This document shows positions 11,559 to 20,646 of a stretch of 32,000 nt of DNA, piece by piece. The translations under genes were made by a program, and so were the position numbers. Each line of letters starts with the position of its first letter. Within the stretch, counting starts at the first letter, position 1. The DNA is taken from the NCBI RefSeq assembly GCF_000025505.1, contig NC_013849.1, forward strand, positions 1,920,001 to 1,952,000, given 5' to 3'. Origin of the DNA: Ferroglobus placidus DSM 10642. Its GTDB lineage: Archaea > Halobacteriota > Archaeoglobi > Archaeoglobales > Archaeoglobaceae. The notes below the pieces were generated by a model. The model was given only the letters and a program-made list of their open reading frames with translations. It was not told the origin of the DNA and did no database searches.

Positions 11559-11633
11559 GACTTAAAAAATCCCTCGGAGATATTTCTATCTTATGGAAAG
11601 TTTTAAGTTTAGTTAAGCAGTCTGTCTATTGGG

Positions 11634-11945
11634 ATGCAGGTACTCGTAGATACCTGCGTTGAAGAGTGTGATGAGATATACGTAGAAATTACGAGCAAAA
11701 TACCTCTCAAGGAGTTGATGCAGATCGTAAGAAAATACAGAGACAGAGACCTCTTCCTTAGAATTAACAGGAAGAAGAAAATGCTTGAATCGATAACCTT
11801 TTACGAAGGAAACGACGAGGAATGCATCTTCGTTCCAATTCCGAAGAGGTTTGCTGTTTTGGAGCCGGACGAACACTACTTTGAAGTAACTCTAAAAGCC
11901 AACATAGTCTTAGCTCTCAAGGGTGAAAAAGACTACCACAGATAA
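11634..11945 (+). CDS. Hypothetical protein, 103 aa
   Basis: Continuous ORF in tight tandem with the next gene; no family recognised. Confidence 0.6.
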   Translation: MQVLVDTCVEECDEIYVEITSKIPLKELMQIVRKYRDRDLFLRINRKKKMLESITFYEGNDEECIFVPIPKRFAVLEPDEHYFEVTLKANIVLALKGEKDYHR

Positions 11946-11948
11946 GCT

Positions 11949-12401
11949 ATGAAGGTGCCGTGGAAACGAGTCCACTCTTGGAAATGCTTAGCTTGCGGTA
12001 GCTGCTGCAAAGTTTACAAGCCGAGGTTGACTTTTTACGAGTATTTGAGACTGCCGAAGCAGTTCGTTGAGGAGAGGAGAGGGAGATACTACATAAGAAA
12101 GATCAACGGAAGGTGTCCCTTTCAATACGGAAACCTCTGCGCGATTCAGGAAAAGAAGCCGCTGTCTTGCAAGCTATTTCCTTTTTCGATTTACGAGAGG
12201 GGAGAAGATGACGCTCTCTTCGTCTACAAGGACGAAGAGTATTACGTTTACGTAGATACCTTCTGCAAGAACTTGAAGCTTGGAAAGCCCAGTAAGGAAT
12301 TTATCAACGCAATAATTGAGGCAATAAAAATTTATAGAGGAGAAAAAACGACTCCGGAGCTTATAACCTCAAGAAGAGCCCTTGGTACTTTCTTCTCTTA
12401 G
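11949..12401 (+). CDS. YkgJ-type cysteine cluster (zinc/iron-chelating) protein
   Basis: WKCLACGSCCKVYKPRLT...NGRCPFQYGNLCAIQEKKPLSCKLFPFSI. Confidence 0.87.
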   Translation: MKVPWKRVHSWKCLACGSCCKVYKPRLTFYEYLRLPKQFVEERRGRYYIRKINGRCPFQYGNLCAIQEKKPLSCKLFPFSIYERGEDDALFVYKDEEYYVYVDTFCKNLKLGKPSKEFINAIIEAIKIYRGEKTTPELITSRRALGTFFS

Positions 12402-14069
12402 CACCCTCCTCAGTATCTTCCCCACGGCACTCTTCGGAAGCTCGTCTCGGAATTCGATTATTTTCGGAACTTTGTAAGCTGCAAGTCTCTCCCTGCAGAA
12501 CTGCTCTATCTCTTTCTCCGTAACCTTTCCTCTGTACTCGGGTTTAAGAACTACGAACGCTTTTACAGTTTCTCCCCTGTACTTGTCCGGAACGCCAACG
12601 ACAGCAGCCTCCAGAACTGCCGGGTGTTCGTAGAGAACTTCCTCAACCTCCCTCGGATAGATGTTGTACCCTCCGGCAATTATTACGTCCTTCTTCCTGT
12701 CCACTATGTAGAAGTAGCCGTCTTCGTCCATCTTCGCCATGTCCCCGGTTAGCAACCACCCATTCACGAGGGCTTTAGCTGTCTCCTCCTCCATTTTGTA
12801 GTATCCCTTCATCACCTGAGGACCTTTTATCGCAAGCTCTCCTACCTCTCCGACTGGCAAAATCCTTCCTTCATCGTCTATTACAACGGCGTAGGTGTCG
12901 GAAACGGGAATACCTATGCTACCTTCTTTGTTTAATCCGTAAACGGGGTTTACTATCGCGACCGGAGAAGTTTCGCTTAAGCCGTAGCCTTCAACAAGCT
13001 TTCCTCCGGTGATTCTTTCGAACTCTCTTTTGACCTCGATGGGAAGCGGAGCGGCACCGCTTATGCAAGCTCTTATGCTTGAGAGATCCCACTTTTCGAC
13101 TCCCGGATAGTTGTTTATAGCGTTGAAAAGCGTAGGGACTCCGCAGAATATCGTTATCCTGTGCTTCTCTATTGAATCGAGTATTCTCTTAATGTCTCTT
13201 GGATCCGGAATTAAAACTATCTTTGCTCCCAGAGCAATAGGCGTGTTCATGCTTGTGGTCATTCCGTAAACGTGGAAGTAAGGAAGCGCTCCGGCAAATA
13301 CGTCTTTTTCACTCAGATCCGGCAGCCACTCTTTAACTTGGTAAACGTTGGCGACGAGGTTAAAGTGCGTTAGCATCGCCGCTTTAGGTAAGCCGGTGGT
13401 TCCGCCGGTGTACTGAAAAACCGCTACATCTTCCTTCGGATCTACTTTTACAGCTCTATCGATAGGTTCGCTCCTTATAGCGTCTTTCCAAAAATCGAAG
13501 TCTCCCTTTAGCTCGACCTTTTCTTTTTTAAACTTGTAAAGAATGTTCAGAGGAAACTTTAGATAATCTTCCACTCTGCAAACGACTATCTTCTCGAGAA
13601 CCCCCTCCTCTTTCAGCTTTCTCAGTTTTGGATACGCATTCTCTATGCAAAATGCGATTTTTGCCTCGCTGTTTTCGGCTATGTGCCTAACTTCTCTCTC
13701 GGTGTAAAGGGGATTGCACTGGACAACAGTACCACCAGCTTTCAGCACGCCGAAATAAGCTATGACGTAATGAGGGGTGTTCGGCAAGTCGAGAATAATT
13801 TTATCTCCCTTCTTTACACCAATGCTTTTCAGATATCCAGCAATTCTTTCCGAAGCTTCTTTTAACTGCCGATAAGTTATTTCCTTACCTATGAAGTCCA
13901 ACGCAACCTTATCCGGGAATTTTTCGGCTGAGTTGTCGAGAAAATCGTAAAGCGGAATTTCCGGATACTCAAGGTTCGGTCTGACGCCTTTATCGTAGTG
14001 CTTTAACCAGATTCGATTTATTTCCTCCTCGCTAATTTCCGTTATCAGTTTTCCTTCAACTCCAAGCAT
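12369..14069 (-). CDS. Long-chain fatty acid-CoA ligase / AMP-forming acyl-CoA synthetase
   Basis: AVFQYTGGTTGLPKAAMLTH...EGYGLSETSP...GWLLTGDMAKMDEDGYFYIVDRKKDVIIAGGYNIYPREVEEVLYEHP...LPKSAVGKILRR; internal ATG at 14069 is the more likely start (ORF extends to 14108). Confidence 0.92.
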   Translation of the reverse strand: MLGVEGKLITEISEEEINRIWLKHYDKGVRPNLEYPEIPLYDFLDNSAEKFPDKVALDFIGKEITYRQLKEASERIAGYLKSIGVKKGDKIILDLPNTPHYVIAYFGVLKAGGTVVQCNPLYTEREVRHIAENSEAKIAFCIENAYPKLRKLKEEGVLEKIVVCRVEDYLKFPLNILYKFKKEKVELKGDFDFWKDAIRSEPIDRAVKVDPKEDVAVFQYTGGTTGLPKAAMLTHFNLVANVYQVKEWLPDLSEKDVFAGALPYFHVYGMTTSMNTPIALGAKIVLIPDPRDIKRILDSIEKHRITIFCGVPTLFNAINNYPGVEKWDLSSIRACISGAAPLPIEVKREFERITGGKLVEGYGLSETSPVAIVNPVYGLNKEGSIGIPVSDTYAVVIDDEGRILPVGEVGELAIKGPQVMKGYYKMEEETAKALVNGWLLTGDMAKMDEDGYFYIVDRKKDVIIAGGYNIYPREVEEVLYEHPAVLEAAVVGVPDKYRGETVKAFVVLKPEYRGKVTEKEIEQFCRERLAAYKVPKIIEFRDELPKSAVGKILRRVLREESTKGSS

Positions 14070-14245
14070 ATTTGAAAAATCTCTCCACGTCGTTATAAAT
14101 ATTTCCACGATTAATTCATAAAATTGTCACGATTTTTTCCGAAACCGCAATTTGAATTTAAAAAGCTTTCTGAGGAGATGCGAGATTCACAAACTCAAAC
14201 ATTCCGAAATCAATTCAACAAAAGCGCCAAATTCAAGTAGAAAAG

Positions 14246-14329
14246 TGCGGGGGGTGGGATTTGAACCCACGAACCCCTACGGGACCGGACCCTAAATCCG
14301 GCGCCTTTTCCTGACTCGGCAACCCCCGC
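14246..14329 (-). tRNA. tRNA-Leu (UAG anticodon)
   Basis: Minus strand GCGGGGGTTGCCGAGTCAGG...CCGGATTTAGGGTCCGG...GTGGGTTCAAATCCCACCCCCCGCA; 7-bp acceptor stem, anticodon TAG at 14292-14294, long variable arm typical of Leu. Confidence 0.95.
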
Positions 14330-14413
14330 AGCAAAAATTGTTGAGTTATAGGTCTTATGAACTTTGTGGTAAAACTCTTCCCTCAGAATTTTGAAACGCT
14401 CAGAGAAGAAAAT

Positions 14414-14833
14414 TTAGAGGTTTCTTTTGATCCACCTCTCTATTTCTCCCTTCGGATACGCTCCGATTATCTTATCCACCGGTTTTCCGTTCTTAAAGAA
14501 GATCAGCGTTGGTATTCCGGTTATTCCGTACCTCGCAGCTATTTGAGGATTTTCGTCGGTGTTGAGTTTAGCGAAAACAACTTTGCCAGCATACTCCTTT
14601 GCGAGCTGCTCTATTATCGGAGCTATCATTCTGCAAGGCATGCACCACTCAGCCCAGAAGTCGACGACGACGTTCTCGTACTTTTTAAGAATTTCGTCGA
14701 AATTGCTCGAGTTCACTTCTATCGGCTTATCCGGATACTTCTCTGCTTGTTTACCCTGATAACCTCCTTCTCCCGACATTTTTTTCATCAACTCCATTAG
14801 CTTCTTTTTCCTAATTTTTTCCAACTCGTCCAT
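14414..14833 (-). CDS. Thioredoxin with N-terminal extension
   Basis: VVVDFWAEWCMPCRMIAPIIEQLAKEY...GITGIPTLIFFKNGKPVDKIIGA; ~35-aa charged N-terminal extension. Confidence 0.92.
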   Translation of the reverse strand: MDELEKIRKKKLMELMKKMSGEGGYQGKQAEKYPDKPIEVNSSNFDEILKKYENVVVDFWAEWCMPCRMIAPIIEQLAKEYAGKVVFAKLNTDENPQIAARYGITGIPTLIFFKNGKPVDKIIGAYPKGEIERWIKRNL

Positions 14834-14852
14834 AATTTCGGGATTTATAGAT

Positions 14853-15809
14853 TTAACTATTATCGCTTACGCGGAAATGATCGTTCACAACAATAACCCC
14901 TTGTTCGCTGGCAACTTCGTAGAAGTCTTCCTCAGTTACGTTCAACCAATCAAACTTGTTGATTACTCCCTTTCTAACTATTCTGAATTTCTTCCCCCCC
15001 ATCTCGATCTTCTCCACGAACTTCGGAAGCTCTATTCTTAGCCTCCACTTAGCCACCTTTCTCGGCTGAACTTCCCTAATAGCCTCTTCAACGCTCTTTC
15101 CGTCGAGAACAACCTTCAAAACAATCTCCGCTATGTGGTTCAACCTGTCGGGAACGCCTATGACGTTTCCTCTCAAAAGAATCTTTTTAGATTCGAATTT
15201 TATACCAGCTCTTCTCAATTCTTCCCCAAGTTTGGAGGTTAACCCTTTTTTATTCCCCGACTTGTCAACAATCCCGCCTATAATGTAAACCTCCGCTTTC
15301 TCTCCTTTAAAAACGTCTTCAGCGTTCGGATCGAGAAGAATTATTTTCTTCTTATCCCTCAAAAAATCTTCAAGCTTATCCACGTGCGTAGCGTTTGTGT
15401 CGGTTTTCAAACCGGCTATAACGAGCCTTTCATCCCACATGTACTCTCTAACAACGTTGAGCGTCTCTTTAATCTGAATCACGAGGCTCTTGAACTCCTT
15501 TTCGCTGTGTAAATAATGATACCTGCAGTCTATCGCTATGTAAGGAAAATCCTCGGCTTTTTTCAGCAAGAGCTCTCTATCAATTATTCCTTCGCATTTG
15601 TCGAGAACGAACTTGCACTCATCGACTTCGTTTCCTTCGAGGTCGAACTTGTATTTCCCTTCTCCTTCGCATACGTTCATTTTCCCGTTAGCAATCATCA
15701 AAGCGGCGAATTGAAACGGATCGTACTTGAAAGCCTTGGCAGTTTTAAAAGAGATGCAATTAATCCCTCTCTTTCTCAGCTCCTCGACGAGCAAATCCTT
15801 GAGTCTCAC
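14853..15809 (-). CDS. trm10: Archaeal Trm10-type SPOUT tRNA (purine-9) N1-methyltransferase
   Basis: ILLDPNAEDVFKGEKAEVYIIGGIVDKSGNKKGLTSKLGEELRRAGI matches the Trm10 SPOUT signature. Confidence 0.82.
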   Translation of the reverse strand: MRLKDLLVEELRKRGINCISFKTAKAFKYDPFQFAALMIANGKMNVCEGEGKYKFDLEGNEVDECKFVLDKCEGIIDRELLLKKAEDFPYIAIDCRYHYLHSEKEFKSLVIQIKETLNVVREYMWDERLVIAGLKTDTNATHVDKLEDFLRDKKKIILLDPNAEDVFKGEKAEVYIIGGIVDKSGNKKGLTSKLGEELRRAGIKFESKKILLRGNVIGVPDRLNHIAEIVLKVVLDGKSVEEAIREVQPRKVAKWRLRIELPKFVEKIEMGGKKFRIVRKGVINKFDWLNVTEEDFYEVASEQGVIVVNDHFRVSDNS

Positions 15810-15817
15810 AATCGAAT

Positions 15818-17260
15818 TTACTTTCGATATTTTAATGAATTGGAGTAAATTCCGAAGTTCAGTTCCTCATCTTGTACGTAATTTTTGCCTAATTGCAAAG
15901 CTATTTCCGCTTTTTTCAGCTCTCTGCCAAGATATGCCGCATGGTCAAGCCTGCTAACGAGGTTCTCTCTTAAAACTGTATCTACGATTTCTTTAGCATT
16001 CTCTCCTACAACGGTAAGCTTTTCGTGGGAGCAAACTATTTTTCCCTTCGAAATCCATATCCTAAAGTCTCCGAGGGGATCTCTAATGAATTTCTTGTTC
16101 TCCTCAGCTTTTAAGAAATCTTCTGGAAATTCTCCCTCGGGAAGTCTTCTCTTTTCTTTAAGCACGAGCAAGCTAAATCCAAGATCTTTCGGAGGTGTCT
16201 TTCTGAGTTTAGCTCCCTTCGTCATGTAAGTAGCGGTCTTCATCTCTTTCACGGCTCCCGCTGTTTTGTCGCTCGCTTCTGTAGTGAAGATCAAGGAAGC
16301 TCCAACTTCCTCGGCAATCTGAGCGAGAAGAGCATTTACTCCGACGCTGTCAGCATCTATTAGCTCGGTAACGTTTCCAGCTCCGAAGAGGAGGGGTGTT
16401 GCTGAGTCGAGCTCTCTGTATTTTTTGTATCTGAGAATTGACTCAACGATTCCCGGAAAATCGAGAATCGGATCCGCCACGACTTTCTCTGTTTTCGTCC
16501 TTACCAATTCCACGAGCTTTTTCAGCCTTCCGACGTTTCTATCGACGACGACTACAACCTCATCCCTTATAAATTCGAGAGCTTTGAGATTTTCTAAAGC
16601 TAAGCTCATAACCATGTCAGCTCCAGCCTCGATTCCGGCTTTTATGGCTCTTGTGCTAAATGTGTCAACGCTGACGACGTCGCATAGATCTTTCGCTACT
16701 TTAACAGCTCTCTTAACCTCCTCCGCCTCGAACTCGAGGGGAATTCCGAGGTCGATTATATCTGCTCCGCTTTCCAAGTAGTGCTCGATTTTTCTCGTGA
16801 GTTCTTCTCTACTAAGCCTCGTAGCGTCAACTACTTCAGCGACAACCTTCATTCTCGCGTTTCCTCCTATTTTTACCCCGTTCACCTCAAAGACGAAATC
16901 ATCTATTTCGTCAACAGCCTTCTTTACTTCTTCAGCCTTTATACTCTCTATAAGTCTACATGCGGGAATTTCGTGGGAGAATTCTATCTCTTCCACTCTC
17001 TCAATCACGTACTTCAAATCGTAGGCGTGAATCGGACCCAATCGAATCTTGACTCCCTTTTCCTCTTCCAGTTTCTTCCAGTCGTTTCCGGCTGTTAATC
17101 CCGGAACCAGCACGAGATCGTAATCGCTCAGATCGTAATTTCTGAGGTGAGACGGAGTTATGAAGGCTGCGATATCGATATCCACAACGAGAACATCGCA
17201 GTCGACGACTTTCCTAACCAAGCTCTCCGCAAGTTTGCCGGTTACGACGAGAACTTTCAT
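15818..17260 (-). CDS. Dihydropteroate synthase-like protein (TIGR00284 type)
   Basis: GADIIDLGIPLEFEAEEVKRAVKVAKDLCDVVSVDTFSTRAIKAGIEAGADMVMSLALENL...LLFGAGNVTELIDADSVGVNALLAQIAEEVGASLIFTTEAS; start MKVLVVTGKLAESLV at 17260 (the ORF extension to 17410 overlaps the divergent PHP gene). Confidence 0.85.
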   Translation of the reverse strand: MKVLVVTGKLAESLVRKVVDCDVLVVDIDIAAFITPSHLRNYDLSDYDLVLVPGLTAGNDWKKLEEEKGVKIRLGPIHAYDLKYVIERVEEIEFSHEIPACRLIESIKAEEVKKAVDEIDDFVFEVNGVKIGGNARMKVVAEVVDATRLSREELTRKIEHYLESGADIIDLGIPLEFEAEEVKRAVKVAKDLCDVVSVDTFSTRAIKAGIEAGADMVMSLALENLKALEFIRDEVVVVVDRNVGRLKKLVELVRTKTEKVVADPILDFPGIVESILRYKKYRELDSATPLLFGAGNVTELIDADSVGVNALLAQIAEEVGASLIFTTEASDKTAGAVKEMKTATYMTKGAKLRKTPPKDLGFSLLVLKEKRRLPEGEFPEDFLKAEENKKFIRDPLGDFRIWISKGKIVCSHEKLTVVGENAKEIVDTVLRENLVSRLDHAAYLGRELKKAEIALQLGKNYVQDEELNFGIYSNSLKYRK

Positions 17261-17296
17261 AAGCTTTATTTTTGCTTGGAGAAGATAAATCATTCC

Positions 17297-17917
17297 GTGA
17301 TCGCTGAGCTTCACGTTCACTCCAACCACAGCGATGGAAGGGACAGCGTGAAGAAGCTGCTGGATAGAGCTTTGGAGATCGGAATAGAGGTAATTTCGAT
17401 AACTGACCACGACACTGTAAATGGGAGCTTAGAAGCTATCGAAATCGTGGAGGAGGAGCACTTACCTTTAAAAGTAATCCCCGGTTTCGAAGCTTCGACA
17501 ACCGAGGGACATTTGCTCGTTTACGGTGTGAGGAATGATTTCGACAAAGGCATCCCCTTCGAAGAGGCAGTGGAAAAGGTGAGAAAGCACGGAGGGGTTT
17601 GCTACGTTGCTCATCCCTTTCAGATAGAGAGAAAAGGAGCTTGGAGGATTGGAGCTCTTCGAAAAGCTGACGGAATTGAGGGCTTCAACTCTAAATATAT
17701 CATAGGTTTTTTCAATTTTCTAAGCCTGACGATCGCTAAAAAATTGAACAAGCCCGTTATAGCTGGAAGCGACGCTCATAGCGCCAAAGCCTTGGGTTAC
17801 GGAATAACGATTTTGAGGGGGGAGCCATTAAAAGCTTTGAAAAACGGAGATGTGAGCATTTCCGGGAAAAGAATGCCGTTGAAGGTTTGGCTTTCCGACT
17901 CACTTGGACTTTTTTAG
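17297..17917 (+). CDS. PHP domain phosphoesterase
   Basis: VIAELHVHSNHSDGRDSVKKLLDRALEIGIEVISITDHDTVNGSLEA...GFEAST..GHLLVYGV...VAHPFQ...IAGSDAHSAKALGYGIT; GTG start at 17297. Confidence 0.88.
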   Translation: MIAELHVHSNHSDGRDSVKKLLDRALEIGIEVISITDHDTVNGSLEAIEIVEEEHLPLKVIPGFEASTTEGHLLVYGVRNDFDKGIPFEEAVEKVRKHGGVCYVAHPFQIERKGAWRIGALRKADGIEGFNSKYIIGFFNFLSLTIAKKLNKPVIAGSDAHSAKALGYGITILRGEPLKALKNGDVSISGKRMPLKVWLSDSLGLF

Positions 17918-18125
17918 GAATAGAGAAATCTCGTAAACAGCCACTATCAAAACAGCCAAGTTTATCAAAGCCGTGTAAATAGGAACGAACTTGTAAACCC
18001 ACCCAGATCCTCACGAGTTCGTTCAGAGCGCTGTACAAATTCCACAAGGAAATTAAAAGAAAGACGACCGCTATAGATATGAAAACCTTTCTCAGCAAAT
18101 CCTCTAACTCGACCTTCTTCTCCAC
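17900..18125 (-). pseudogene. Two-TM small membrane protein gene with an apparent frameshift near 17995-18010
   Basis: Frame 1: MEKKVELEDLLRKVFISIAVVFLLISLWNLYSALNELVRIW, then runs antisense into the PHP gene. The +1 frame reads WVYKFVPIYTALINLAVLIVAVYEISLFLKKSK*, a second hydrophobic helix and basic tail. Confidence 0.55.
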
Positions 18126-18852
18126 AGCGCAACACCTCCAGATATTAAAAGTGCTAACAATTCGAAGCCAGGAGTTGCTTTCTTCTCGTATCGAATTTGA
18201 GTCGGCACGGGAGTTCTTACGAATTCAGTAATCTCGAACTTCACTTCCTTTTCCGTTTCATTCTTAGGAATTCTCTTCGTTGGAGAAAAGCTCAAAGGTT
18301 TACTCCAGATTTTTAGCAAAGAGCCGTTTCTCCAGAGTTCAAGTTTTACGAGGTAGTTGTAATCTTTCGGGAGTGTGAGATTTCCTTCAACGAGAGCTGT
18401 CTTACCACCTTCTATTTTAGCTTCTTTCCAGAATTCGTCTGCGAGAATGTTTGATTCGTACTGAACAGCTTTTACGTGAGCCAGAACCTCGTAATCTTTC
18501 AGAGCTTCCACGTAAAATCTTGCAAGAACGACTACTCTGCTATCATTAACTCCAAGAACCGCAAAATCGGCATCCTTCAAAACAACCTTCAGCTCCTTTT
18601 CTTTCGGCAGTATGCTGTCGAGTCCGGTAAGCTTGAACTCCCTTAGATCGAGGACGTCCCCGCCTTTGCTTACCGAGAGAACGACTCTGTAACTCTTATC
18701 CTTTTCGAGAGTTACGAAAACATTCTCCCTACCTTTTTCGCTTTTGACACTCTCACTCGAATTTCTTCCTTTGCAACGTCAGCGAAGAACGGAATGAGGA
18801 AAGCTACGAGAGTTATCGTTGCGAGGAACGCGATCAAAACTTTCCCGTTCAA
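18104..18852 (-). pseudogene. Secreted/surface protein with signal peptide and PGF-CTERM-like C-terminus, interrupted by an apparent frameshift near 18734-18745
   Basis: TTG at 18852: MNGKVLIAFLATITLVAFLIPFFADVAKEEIRVRVSKAKK(VGRMFS*); the other frame reads GRENVFVTLEKDKSYRVVLSVSKGGDVLDLREFKLTGLDS... and continues as annotated ORF 18104..18580, ending ATPGFELLALLISGGVALWRRRSS. Confidence 0.65.
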
Positions 18853-18975
18853 AGTTAAATTAAAAATTTACTATTTAAAAATTTATCGATTTTCTAGAAT
18901 TTGAACGTTAGGTTAGCGGAAATTTTATACATCAGCAGAGGTTGAGTTTATTTACTTCTCCGCTTTAATCTATCC

Positions 18976-19599
18976 GTGCTCGGGTACTGCGAAAACTGCG
19001 GGTATTTCGAAGGAAGATGCGCATGCGGTAAAGGAAAAATTCTGCTCACTCAGGAGAAGAGAGAAGCGATCAGCAAGTTTTTAAGCGGAATTCTCAGGCA
19101 CTTTCCGGATTCGTTCGGCATCAGGCTCGATAAAAACGGTTTTGCCGATTTAGATGAAGTGATCAGAATCCTGAGGGAGAGGTACGGCGTTGGAAAGCGG
19201 GAAGTTGAAGCGATAGTTCTATTCGACAAAAAGGGAAGGTTTGAAATTAAGGACGGAAAGATAAGAGCTCGCTATGGACACAGCGTCAAGGTTGATTACA
19301 GATGGAGCGAAGAGGGGAAAATTCCAGAGAAGCTTTACCACGGAACGAAGCCCGAAAACGTAAAGAGCATTTTAAAGCTCGGTTTGCTTCCGATGAAGAG
19401 GAACGAGGTGCATTTGTCCGAAAGTATTGATGACGCGATAGAGGTTGGAAAGAGATACTGCAAAAATCCCGTCGTTCTTGAGATAGATGCGAAGAAGATG
19501 CTTGAGGACGGCTTCGAAATTAGAAAAAAAGGAAGAGTTTACACTACCGATTACGTCCCGAGCAAGTATATAAAGGTGGTGGAATGGAGAGGGAAATAA
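18976..19599 (+). CDS. kptA: RNA 2'-phosphotransferase (Tpt1/KptA family)
   Basis: ISKFLSGILRHFPDSFGIRLDKNGFADLDEVI...ARYGHSVKVD...LYHGTKPENVKSILKLGLLPMKRNEVHLSESIDDAIEVGKR; N-terminal Cys-rich CENCGYFEGRCACG. Confidence 0.92.
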   Translation: MLGYCENCGYFEGRCACGKGKILLTQEKREAISKFLSGILRHFPDSFGIRLDKNGFADLDEVIRILRERYGVGKREVEAIVLFDKKGRFEIKDGKIRARYGHSVKVDYRWSEEGKIPEKLYHGTKPENVKSILKLGLLPMKRNEVHLSESIDDAIEVGKRYCKNPVVLEIDAKKMLEDGFEIRKKGRVYTTDYVPSKYIKVVEWRGK

Positions 19600-20489
19600 T
19601 CGATATTGCGAAGAGGATTTTCAAATTTGAGGAAGAAGACGCTGGCTTCTTTAAGTTTGGAGACGCTTATATTGTTATAGCGAACGACATGCTTTCGAGA
19701 TCTTTCGACTTTCCCTCAAAGCTTTTACCAAAACAAATCGGCTGGAAAGCCGTGACAGCAAGCGTAAGCGACCTGGCTGCTATGGGAGCGAAGCCCATTT
19801 ATTTCTCCTACTCACTCGGTTTAAGTAGAGAGGAGATTTCGTTCGTCGAGGATCTCATGAAGGGAATAAGAGAGGCTCTTGATTTCTACGGCATGAAATT
19901 TTTGTCCGGAGACACAAACGAATCTACTGAATTGGTTCTGGACAGCGTAGCCGTTGGTATTGCAAGAAACCTTCTTCTAAGAAGCAACGCTAAAGTAGGA
20001 GATGCAGTATGCGTTACGGGAGACCTCGGGAGGGCTTACTGCTCTCTACTATACTTGCTGGAAAAAGTGGAGGAAATTGAAGAGAAAATTCTCGAAAAGT
20101 TTTTAAAGCCGGTAGCGAGGGTTGACGAAGGATTAAAGCTCGCAAATATTGCGAATTCAGCCATAGACGTTAGCGACGGTTTGTCAAAGGAGTTGAATCT
20201 GCTCGCAAACTCAAGCGGAGTGATGATAAAGGTTTTCGAAGATAGAATTCCCATAAGAGAGGAGGTTCTGGAGTTTTGCACTTCTAACAACTTAAATCCG
20301 ATAGAGGTTGCGTTGAATTCCGGAGAGGAATACGAACTTCTCTTCACGGTAAGCAAGGACAAGCTTGAAGATCTGGATTTCGAGTTCAGCATCATTGGGG
20401 AAGTTTCTAAGGGAGAAGGAGTCTTCCTCGTTGGAAAAGAGAAAAAACCATTACTTCCTGCAGGATGGGAGCACTTCTCAAGCAAATAG
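19584..20489 (+). CDS. thiL: Thiamine-monophosphate kinase
   Basis: VSDLAAMGAKPIYFSYSLGL...GGDTNES-like GDTNESTELVLDSVAVG...VTGDLGRAYCSLL...AIDVSDGLSKELNLLA...GEEYELLFTV. Confidence 0.9.
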   Translation: MEREIIDIAKRIFKFEEEDAGFFKFGDAYIVIANDMLSRSFDFPSKLLPKQIGWKAVTASVSDLAAMGAKPIYFSYSLGLSREEISFVEDLMKGIREALDFYGMKFLSGDTNESTELVLDSVAVGIARNLLLRSNAKVGDAVCVTGDLGRAYCSLLYLLEKVEEIEEKILEKFLKPVARVDEGLKLANIANSAIDVSDGLSKELNLLANSSGVMIKVFEDRIPIREEVLEFCTSNNLNPIEVALNSGEEYELLFTVSKDKLEDLDFEFSIIGEVSKGEGVFLVGKEKKPLLPAGWEHFSSK

Positions 20490-20505
20490 CTTCGCCAAAT
20501 TAAAA

Positions 20506-20524
20506 CCGAAAATCTTTTATATTG
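20506..20524 (+). promoter_or_regulatory. BRE/TATA-like promoter upstream of aromatic leader uORF
   Basis: ccgaaaatcTTTTATATTG; TATA centre about 27 nt before the ATG at 20546, the expected spacing for a leaderless archaeal transcript. Confidence 0.55.
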
Positions 20525-20545
20525 TTTTCGTGAACACTTTGCCGA

Positions 20546-20629
20546 ATGTTGGCAAGGTCTGATGGCAACTTAGCGTTTAGACACTTCTTCTGGTTTACGT
20601 TTAGCTTTAGCTATAGGTATAGCTTCTAA
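20546..20629 (+). CDS. Candidate leader peptide (27 aa, Phe/Tyr/Trp-rich): MLARSDGNLAFRHFFWFTFSFSYRYSF*
   Basis: Direct translation; 7 Phe, 2 Tyr and 1 Trp among the last 17 residues, located upstream of the Phe/Tyr biosynthetic operon and downstream of a TATA-like box. Below the ORF track size cut-off. Confidence 0.65.
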   Translation: MLARSDGNLAFRHFFWFTFSFSYRYSF

Positions 20630-20631
20630 AC
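20599..20631 (+). promoter_or_regulatory. RNA hairpin overlapping the 3' end of the leader peptide ORF
   Basis: GTTTAG-CTTT-AGCTAT-AGGT-ATAGCT-T-CTAAAC: 12 bp total with an internal loop; the CTAAAC arm can alternatively pair with a second GTTTAG copy at 20575-20580. Confidence 0.5.
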
Positions 20632-20646
20632 CTGCAAAAGTTTCTC

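Noticed and set aside
14330-14413. Extra ncRNA between tRNA-Leu and thioredoxin
   Set aside because: Short spacer; contains a likely minus-strand TATA for the tRNA (cctataac) and no convincing extended structure.
20036-20485. 149-aa minus-strand ORF inside thiL
   Set aside because: Fully antisense to a well-supported gene; Ser/Phe/Leu-rich composition typical of reverse-complement reading; no family motif.
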